This document shows, piece by piece, positions 8,378 through 13,850 of a stretch of 56,778 nucleotides of DNA. A program made the position numbers and the translations under genes. Source of the DNA: a virus; the IMG/VR virus record IMGVR_UViG_3300010267_000002. The stretch is one strand, 5' to 3'. The notes under the pieces are model-generated. The model did not search any database. It was not told where the DNA came from and saw nothing but the letters and a program-made list of their open reading frames with translations. Each line of letters opens with the position of its first letter. The stretch's first letter is position 1.

Positions 8378-8604
8378 TGTATAATAATGTATTAACATGT
8401 ATAATTGTGTACGATTTTGTGTATTGTGTATAATTCGTGAGGCCGGCCTTTATATATATGTGTAAAAAATAAAAATAAAATCTGTTATGTTATTATAACA
8501 ATAACAAAAAAGTTTTTAAAAAAATTTGAAAAAACTTAAAAATTAAATTGTACAAATAATACAAAATTATACACAATTTAACACAATTATACACTGATTA
8601 TACA
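8378..8604. promoter_or_regulatory. AT-rich dyad region: 3 x TGTATAAT on the left and 3 x ATTATACA on the right, flanking an A/T-tract centre. Candidate origin or operator region.
   Basis: TGTATAAT at 8378, 8398 and 8427. ATTATACA at 8566, 8586 and 8597. Central AGGCCGGCCT palindrome, plus A-runs and T-runs. Confidence 0.45.
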
Positions 8605-8734
8605 AGTATGTACAGATAATACAAAAAATACATGTTGTTCATGGATTGACTACAATCATATCTATGTGGTAGTGACTATGGTACACTGCGCCGCTGCTTC
8701 TACAATTAAACTATAGTAAAAGGAGGCTTAATCA

Positions 8735-8986
8735 ATATTTAATATTTGGGCCTTTCTTATTATTATATTATATCCTATATATATATACTTTTTTCATATT
8801 TTGATTGGAAAGAAAGAACTTTGTTTGCACTGTAGAACACATGTAATTACAAGGACCTTAGTAGTTATCCAGTCTTCACAAACTCTCAGACCTGACGCCG
8901 CTCTGGATTTGAAGCGGCGTCGGGGCGCTGAGAAGACATCTAGCCAGGCGCTGAGAGGACGCCTAGCACAAGCCAGGTCTTTTTAA
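8735..8986 (+). CDS. Possible small membrane protein with a non-canonical ATA start (very tentative)
   Basis: AGGAGG at 8721-8726, then 8 nt, then an in-frame ATA. The N-terminus IFNIWAFLIIILYPIYIYFFHILIG is transmembrane-like. The stop coincides with a terminator-like hairpin plus T-run at 8961-8987. The track only finds a TTG start at 8801, with no SD. Confidence 0.25.
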   Translation: MFNIWAFLIIILYPIYIYFFHILIGKKELCLHCRTHVITRTLVVIQSSQTLRPDAALDLKRRRGAEKTSSQALRGRLAQARSF

Positions 8987-9400
8987 GGCCAAACAGCTCC
9001 TGTGCCGCGGCGAAGCAACAATGTCACGACTCGCCGCTTCCCCGATCGCCGCTGTGCCGCCGCGCCGCCGCGGAGTCTGAAGCTAGAGGTCAGCCACGAC
9101 CGGACGGAGTGGTATTGTAGCTCCTCTTCGCAGCGGCGCTGCGGCGCCGAAGTACCATGCTGGGAAGGGGTTTTAGCGGCCGCATATCGCCGCCGCACGG
9201 TCGCGGCGGCGATGTGTTGGTTAGATTAGCTGCTAAGGTCCACTGTGGCATGAGTGGCATCGCCCCAGCGCCGCCTGGCCGTGGCTGGGAGAGACACATA
9301 AACGCGGCGACGCCTTGCTCACGCTGGCTGTGACGCGGCGCGTTTCACAGGCTAGTAGGTCATAGCCGGGCCAAGCCAATCTTGGTCGCTGCAGCGGGGT
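8860..9400 (+). other. GC-rich structured island A (non-coding; nested hairpins; motif-family member)
   Basis: Hairpins at 8894-8921 (9 bp), 9126-9152 (nested) and 9185-9212 (11 bp, ATCGCCGCCGC/GCGGCGGCGAT). Core GGGGTTTTAGCGG at 9167. GCTAG(T)AGGTCA boxes at 9082 and 9351. Confidence 0.6.
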
Positions 9401-9401
9401 A

Positions 9402-9428
9402 TAAAAAGCGCCCGCCGGGTGGCGGGCT
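9402..9428 (-). terminator. Rho-independent terminator of the leftward two-gene operon
   Basis: GCCCGCC-GGGT-GGCGGGC, with an A-run on the + strand (a T-run on the minus strand). Confidence 0.7.
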
Positions 9429-9451
9429 TATGAAAGCGAGGATGTGTTTAG

Positions 9452-9628
9452 CTATTCAGATTTGAGTTCGACAATCAGCTTGCTACCTTCTTTGTAGCCG
9501 ATCTGCTTGAGCGTCTGCTTTGGCACATACAGCGTGCCGATGTTTGGGACATCCAGAGGTCCATCAAGGACCTCTTTGAAGCGGATGGTGTTCTTCGTTT
9601 CTTTTTCAAACTCGAAGCTGACTCTCAT
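9452..9628 (-). CDS. Small protein (58 aa) with an AbrB/MazE-like C-terminal half
   Basis: GAGGAGG, then 8 nt, then the ATG. Reads MRVSFEFEKETKNTIRFKEVLDGPLDVPNIGTLYVPKQTLKQIGYKEGSKLIVELKSE*. Below the track cutoff. Confidence 0.6.
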   Translation of the reverse strand: MRVSFEFEKETKNTIRFKEVLDGPLDVPNIGTLYVPKQTLKQIGYKEGSKLIVELKSE

Positions 9629-9631
9629 GCT

Positions 9632-10408
9632 TTACACCTCCTCAGCCTCTTTGTTGCTGATAAGAGCCATTGCCTGTGCAAGCAAGTCTTTGGCATCAGC
9701 TGCTTTCAGGTTGTTGACCTCAACGCCGCTAAGCATCGCTGCTAGCTTCTCTTTGGTTTCATCTACAACTACAGTTCGTGTATCCTTTCGCAGAGCCTTA
9801 AGCTGTTCTTCAGCTGCAAGTAACGCTTGCCATCTTTCGTCCTCTTCGCTGAAGCCTTCTTTTGATTTCATGATGGACTTTTTAGACTGAACGTTTCTGA
9901 TCTCCTTGCGCAGTTTCTCCTGGTCAGCCTGCAGTGCTGCAAGCTCCTCAGCTGAATACTCAACTTTACCAGCGCTGCGGCGATTGCCACCGGCTGTTTT
10001 CTTTTTGCCTGTAACCAACCGAATGAGGTTCTCAGCTATTGCGCCGATCATCATTGTGCGGTAGTTGTCCATTGTCATGACCTTGCTCTTAGCGCGGGAG
10101 CGTTTTGACTGCTGGCTTTTCAGCATACCGTCCAGTGTGGCTTCATCAAGCTCTTTGAGGAACTCAACGTCAGCATCTGCTAAATTGTAAGCCTTTGCAA
10201 TGAGCTCATCCATTGCGCCGTGGTCTGACTTTGATTTTGCGATCAGCTCTTTGTACTCTTCAAAGTTGTCATTGATTGTCTTCAAGATGTCGTTGGCGAT
10301 TGTTGCTGCCAAACTTGTCAGCTGAGCGGTCCCTGCGAGACTTCTTGCGTTGGTAGCCGTCTCCTGGTTTTCCTGTTCGCTGAACAGATTCAACAGTTCT
10401 TTAGACAT
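9632..10408 (-). CDS. Helical protein of unknown function (shares the IRxxQSKK motif with 12946..13461 and 37503..37856)
   Basis: ATG 10408 lies after AAAGGAG. Reads MSKELLNLFSEQ... and contains KLRKEIRNVQSKKSIMKSK. The track start is 10465. Confidence 0.7.
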   Translation of the reverse strand: MSKELLNLFSEQENQETATNARSLAGTAQLTSLAATIANDILKTINDNFEEYKELIAKSKSDHGAMDELIAKAYNLADADVEFLKELDEATLDGMLKSQQSKRSRAKSKVMTMDNYRTMMIGAIAENLIRLVTGKKKTAGGNRRSAGKVEYSAEELAALQADQEKLRKEIRNVQSKKSIMKSKEGFSEEDERWQALLAAEEQLKALRKDTRTVVVDETKEKLAAMLSGVEVNNLKAADAKDLLAQAMALISNKEAEEV

Positions 10409-10504
10409 GGTAATCTCCTTTCGCACTGCACTCCCATGCAGCTGCCACACTGTAGTAGTGGCCAACTTATTTTGTTAAGCAGTAAATGCTCAACTCTTAC
10501 CTAT

Positions 10505-10539
10505 ATTATATCATGCAACTTCGCAGCTGTGTATATGTT
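10505..10539 (-). promoter_or_regulatory. Cassette promoter P1: AACATATACACAGCTGCGA box plus TGATATAAT
   Basis: The reverse complement reads AACATATACACAGCTGCGAAGTTGCATGATATAATATAGG. Confidence 0.6.
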
Positions 10540-10599
10540 TTTGAAAAACGATACAGTAGCTGCATCAAATTTTGAAATCGTGCAATAGCCGCCGTGGTT

Positions 10600-10895
10600 G
10601 TAGCACAGTTAAGTCAGGCTGGGGTTTTAGCGGCCGACCACATCTTCGCCTTGTCGAGGTAGCTGTGGTGGTGGCGCAGCGAAGTCAAGCTGTGGCGGGG
10701 TTTTAGCCGCGGTGGCGCAGCGAAGGCATGCTGTGGCGGGGTTTTAGCGGCCAGAGCCAGCCCTGGCAGGTGGAGGCTCTGCGATGCGGTAATGCGCCGT
10801 CCGGCCGAGGCTGGGTTATTGCTCACGCCCGCTGAGGCGGGCTGCAAGCTAGTAGATCATGGCCAGGCCAGGCTATTCATGAACTGCGCAGCCAA
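10600..10895 (+). other. GC-rich structured island B
   Basis: Three cores (10621, 10697, 10738) within about 2.5 units of a 41-nt repeat. TTGCTCACGC, hairpin GCCCGC/GCGGGC, then AGCTAGTAGATCATGGCCAGGCCAGGCTATTCATGAACTGCGCAGC. Confidence 0.6.
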
Positions 10896-10908
10896 GCTCA
10901 AATTTCCA

Positions 10909-10944
10909 TAACATATTTATTTCCGCGAAGAAATATGATATAAT
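10909..10944 (+). promoter_or_regulatory. Cassette promoter P2 (divergent copy) with TGATATAAT
   Basis: TAACATATTTATTTCCGCGAAGAAATATGATATAATATAAAT. Confidence 0.5.
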
Positions 10945-11012
10945 ATAAATATGGCCGAATATGGCTAAATAAATTATGCAGCTGCGATTCAGCAGCAGAA
11001 AGGTGGGTTATT

Positions 11013-11405
11013 ATGAACCGTTATTTTTGGGACAATGAGAGCTGTGCGGTTCTTACCGAGCAGGAGCTACGCGCGTTTTTCGACAAATTTAGAGAGATTG
11101 ACAGCGACTTCAGCCGTATGTACAGCACGTTTGAGCAATATGTGGAAGCGTGCTGCAGCGAGAGTGGTAGCTTGCAGCTACTGCGCAAGGGTCCAGGTCA
11201 ATTTAATTCCGCCGGCGGTGATGATGTCGGTGCAATATCTCAGTTTTTGGCTTTGCTAGAAGCCATCTGCAGCAGTGAAAAACCTGGCTGTGACGTCAAG
11301 ATAATCGTAGACGGATATATGCTCGAGGCATATGACCATCCAGCGTTGATGCAAGGCTTAATTAATGCGATAAGCGACTACTATGAAGAAGAATTATGCT
11401 GCTAG
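11013..11405 (+). CDS. Hypothetical Cys-rich acidic protein
   Basis: 130-aa ORF. SD AAAGGTGGG. Own promoter and terminator. Confidence 0.65.
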   Translation: MNRYFWDNESCAVLTEQELRAFFDKFREIDSDFSRMYSTFEQYVEACCSESGSLQLLRKGPGQFNSAGGDDVGAISQFLALLEAICSSEKPGCDVKIIVDGYMLEAYDHPALMQGLINAISDYYEEELCC

Positions 11406-11425
11406 CCACTGCGCCGCTAGCCACT

Positions 11426-11455
11426 GCGCAGCAAGCAATTGCTGCGCATTTTTAT
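11426..11455 (+). terminator. Rho-independent terminator
   Basis: GCGCAGCAA-GCAA-TTGCTGCGC followed by ATTTTTAT. Confidence 0.75.
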
Positions 11456-11459
11456 ATAT

Positions 11460-11668
11460 TTGAGCGTGGTACGGCGATGCCAAGTTGTGGCTGGGTTTTA
11501 GCCGCTATTGCATTGCATAGGCGTATCGTAGCCTCGAGGCTATAACTCAGCGTAGCCCAGCCGCGGCAGTATTGCGGTTGCAGTGTTGCTTACGCTGGTT
11601 GTGGCTGCAGAGACTTCCATAGCTAGTAGGTCACAGCCGGGCCAGGCTATTCATGAACTGCGCAGCTG
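11460..11668 (+). other. GC-rich structured island C
   Basis: Core at 11493, then GTTGCTTACGC, a hairpin, and AGCTAGTAGGTCACAGCCGGGCCAGGCTATTCATGAACTGCGCAGC. Confidence 0.6.
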
Positions 11669-11684
11669 TTAAATTTTTCTTATA

Positions 11685-11719
11685 AACATATACACAGCTG
11701 CGAGTCTATATGATATAAT
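11685..11719 (+). promoter_or_regulatory. Cassette promoter P3: AACATATACACAGCTGCGA box plus TGATATAAT
   Basis: AACATATACACAGCTGCGAGTCTATATGATATAATATAAT. Confidence 0.6.
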
Positions 11720-11756
11720 ATAATAGATAGAAATCATATTATTGGAGGGATTGGAT

Positions 11757-12194
11757 GTGAAGTACAAAGTGTTATCGCACACACACGAAATGACTGGAGG
11801 TTACTGCACAGCGAGTATATTCCGCTTGCAAGATGTTACTAATGGTGAGATACTGTATTTAATAATCGACGACTACTGCGGCACGTTAGCTACTGAAGAT
11901 TTTGTTTTGCAAGATGTTGATGACCGCTTTGTAATGATAATTGACACTTTTGAATTTGACACACTGTATGCTAATCACAAATATTTTGATTTGTACAGAT
12001 ACTGCTATAATGAATTTGTCAAAGAGGACTGTAGATATTTCAAATCCACGAAGTGGCTGCCCTACAGATTATTATCTGATAGTCTCCGTGAGCAAATTTC
12101 ACTTGGTTACTATCGCTGGCATAAACAAAATGTTGGTGACTGCTTTGAGACGGATGGTTATAGAATTATTTTTGCAGATGGATACAATAAATAA
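11757..12194 (+). CDS. Hypothetical protein
   Basis: GTG 11757 lies 7 nt after GGAGGG. The track start is 11742. Confidence 0.65.
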   Translation: MKYKVLSHTHEMTGGYCTASIFRLQDVTNGEILYLIIDDYCGTLATEDFVLQDVDDRFVMIIDTFEFDTLYANHKYFDLYRYCYNEFVKEDCRYFKSTKWLPYRLLSDSLREQISLGYYRWHKQNVGDCFETDGYRIIFADGYNK

Positions 12195-12223
12195 CTACGC
12201 AACAAAAATAAATTGAGTTTAAT

Positions 12224-12250
12224 CAGCAGCTAAGCGCTGCTGTATTTTTC
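12224..12250 (+). terminator. Rho-independent terminator
   Basis: CAGCAGC-TAAGC-GCTGCTG followed by TATTTTTC. Confidence 0.75.
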
Positions 12251-12321
12251 TGCAAGTTGTGCGGCGTTGCATTGCCAAGCTGAAGCTGGGTTTAGCGGCC
12301 GGTTATTATCTCGCCTGAGCA

Positions 12322-12687
12322 GGGTTTTAGCCGCGGTGGCGTGGCTTTGCCAAGCTGTGGCTGGGTTTTAGCCGCGGTGGCGTGGCTTTGCCAAGCTGTG
12401 GCTGGGTTTTAGCCGCAGTGGCGTGGCTTTGCCAAGCTGTGGCTGGGTTTAGCCGCGGGGTACAGTCCTGCCAAGCTGTGGCAGGGTTTTAGCCGCGGGG
12501 TACAGTCCTGCCAAGCTGTGGCAGGGTTTTAGCCGCGGTGGCGTGGCTTTGCCAAGCTGTGGCTGGGTTTTAGCCGCAGTGGCGTGGCTTTGCCAAGCTG
12601 TGGCTGGGTTTTAGCCGCGGTGGCGTGGCTTTGCCAAGCTGTGGCTGGGTTTTAGCCACGGTGGCGTGGCTTTGCCAAGCTGTGGCT
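12322..12687 (+). repeat. Tandem array of nine units of about 41 bp (39-41 bp), consensus GGGTTTTAGCCGCGGTGGCGTGGCTTTGCCAAGCTGTGGCT, preceded by a degenerate copy at 12274-12321
   Basis: Units start at 12322, 12363, 12404, 12445, 12484, 12524, 12565, 12606 and 12647. There are four sequence variants. No ORF of 60 aa or more is reported on either strand. Confidence 0.95.
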
Positions 12688-12750
12688 GACTGCAGGCGGC
12701 GGGACTAGTAGGTAGTCACCTTGCAGTCCGGCTGAGGCTGCGCTGTGTTG
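12688..12750 (+). other. Island D 3' module (bulged hairpin carrying an ACTAGTAGGTAGTCA box)
   Basis: GACTGCAGG-CGGCGGGACTAGTAGGTAGTCA-CCTTGCAGTC. Confidence 0.5.
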
Positions 12751-12754
12751 CAAT

Positions 12755-12800
12755 AAAAAAGGACCGCAGCATTTACTGCGGTCCTTTCTGATTATTTTTT
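12755..12800. terminator. Bidirectional rho-independent terminator
   Basis: AAAAAA-GGACCGCAG-CATTTA-CTGCGGTCC-TTTCTGATTATTTTTT, with A-run and T-run on the two sides. Confidence 0.75.
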
Positions 12801-12886
12801 ATCCATTTCTTAAGTTCTTCGAATGTGAATGGCGTGCCAGTTTCCCGGCAGTACTCTTCGAATCTTTTCAGGTCTTTATAGTTCAT
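12773..12886 (-). CDS. Possible 37-aa protein downstream of 12946..13461
   Basis: Reads MNYKDLKRFEEYCRETGTPFTFEELKKWIKNNQKGPQ*. Weak SD AAGGA. The stop lies inside the terminator stem. Confidence 0.35.
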   Translation of the reverse strand: MNYKDLKRFEEYCRETGTPFTFEELKKWIKNNQKGPQ

Positions 12887-12945
12887 CTCAGATTCATCCT
12901 TTCTTTTTTGACTGGCTGGGGCTTTGAAGCCCCAGCCTCGGTCGT

Positions 12946-13461
12946 TTACATCAAGCTTTTCAGAAGCTCGATTATTTTTTCTTGACTTAAGTTTCCTGAA
13001 CTTTCTATTGTGTCGATTATCGTCTGAACATCGGTTTTTCTGACATGCTCATTGTCAACTGGCTTGATTTTTTCACGACGTTCGATCAGCATCTTTTCAA
13101 TCTCGCAAGCTTTTCTGTATTCGTCATTGTCACCCTCTATATCCGTCAGCCATTTTGTGAGAGTCTTTTTTGATTGAATCGATCTGATTGCTTTAATAGT
13201 TTCGTCGTAGTCAAGCTTGTCGACGTCCTCTTGTGTGTATTGTGTGACAGGCTTTTCTTTAGGGTCTAAGAGCTGGCGAGCTTCTTTTAAGACTTGCTCA
13301 TACTTGAGCACTTCGGCCATTTCCTTTTCGTATGAGCTTTTGCCTTTTTGCTTTTTAAGCCGACACTTGACTGACTGAATCCTTTTAAGCTCTCTTTTGA
13401 CCTTTTCTACGTCGTTGTCAAATTTGTTAGCAACTTTCTCGATCTCTTTTAAGTTTGTCAT
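12946..13461 (-). CDS. Helical protein of unknown function (IRSIQSKK motif; paralogue-like to 9632..10408)
   Basis: 171-aa ORF. SD GAGG lies upstream. Charged, coiled-coil-like composition. Confidence 0.7.
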   Translation of the reverse strand: MTNLKEIEKVANKFDNDVEKVKRELKRIQSVKCRLKKQKGKSSYEKEMAEVLKYEQVLKEARQLLDPKEKPVTQYTQEDVDKLDYDETIKAIRSIQSKKTLTKWLTDIEGDNDEYRKACEIEKMLIERREKIKPVDNEHVRKTDVQTIIDTIESSGNLSQEKIIELLKSLM

Positions 13462-13491
13462 TTTAAAATCCTCGCTTTCTCTTGCTATTTT

Positions 13492-13516
13492 TTGACAACC
13501 AATATTCAGTTGTCAA
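13492..13516. promoter_or_regulatory. Palindromic operator-like site TTGACAAC-N9-GTTGTCAA in the leader of the 13461 operon
   Basis: Perfect 8-bp arms. Confidence 0.45.
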
Positions 13517-13595
13517 GGAACAAAGATTGAACAATAGCAATTTTGATCCTTTCCAAGTCAAAATTGATTATATTTATTATTCAATCTTTAATTAT

Positions 13596-13604
13596 ATTAT
13601 ATCA
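13596..13604 (-). promoter_or_regulatory. TGATATAAT extended -10 (leftward)
   Basis: ATTATATCA on the + strand, upstream of the 13461 gene. Confidence 0.5.
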
Positions 13605-13625
13605 AAAATAAATAAATAAAGATGC

Positions 13626-13634
13626 TGATATAAT
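13626..13634 (+). promoter_or_regulatory. TGATATAAT extended -10 (rightward, reads into island E)
   Basis: GCTGATATAATATCC. Back-to-back with the leftward copy. Confidence 0.5.
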
Positions 13635-13654
13635 ATCCAAAAATTATAACATTT

Positions 13655-13850
13655 TTTTGGCTATTATGCACAGGCCTGGCACCGCGGCGCAAGATCCAGT
13701 CAACAATCCGAAACCCCCAAAGAATAAACCAAGCCCAGTAGTATCGCGGCGGCGCATCCACACCGGAAAAATATGGTTAACCCCAAAGAATAGAAGCATT
13801 CTAGCGCCCCAACCCCGGGGCCCCCCATATTTAGGTGGGCCATTAGAATA
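13655..13850 (+). other. GC-rich island E, including a candidate cos region (GCGCCCCAACCCCGGGGCCCCCC at 13804-13826)
   Basis: A G/C tract with a CCCCGGGG palindrome about 190 bp upstream of terS, in a genome with terS-HNH-terL order. GGCTATT and CACAGGC boxes are shared with the other islands. Confidence 0.35.

Noticed and set aside
8894-8935. tmRNA-like 5' end (CUCUGGAUUUGAAGCGG resembles the UCUGGAUUCGACGGG of tmRNA)
   Set aside because: No tRNA-like 3' end (T arm, ACCA), no tag reading frame and no pseudoknot context were found nearby. The similarity is limited to about 12 nt.
8441-9190. Rare-cutter sites in the GC patches (GGCCGGCC at 8442-8449, GCGGCCGC at about 9176-9183) as meaningful features
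   Set aside because: Such 8-mers are expected by chance in short GC-rich palindromic stretches, and no pattern goes beyond single occurrences.
8983-9299. Overlapping ORFs in island A (8983-9198 minus, 9002-9229 plus, 9090-9299 minus)
   Set aside because: They are Arg/Ala/Pro-rich translations typical of GC-rich non-coding DNA. They overlap each other on both strands and have no SD sites. The region is dominated by perfect hairpins.
10614-10847. 77-aa minus-strand ORF across island B
   Set aside because: It has no SD and a low-complexity Ala/Ser/Pro/Arg composition. It lies between divergent promoters, so it has no obvious transcript.
12274-12700. CRISPR array interpretation of the 41-bp repeats (the unit even contains GTTTTAG, reminiscent of some CRISPR repeats)
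   Set aside because: The whole 41-bp period is repeated. If a 27-nt repeat is assumed, the spacers would be only 13-14 nt and nearly identical (two types). There is no leader and there are no cas genes. This is a simple tandem repeat, not repeat/unique-spacer architecture.
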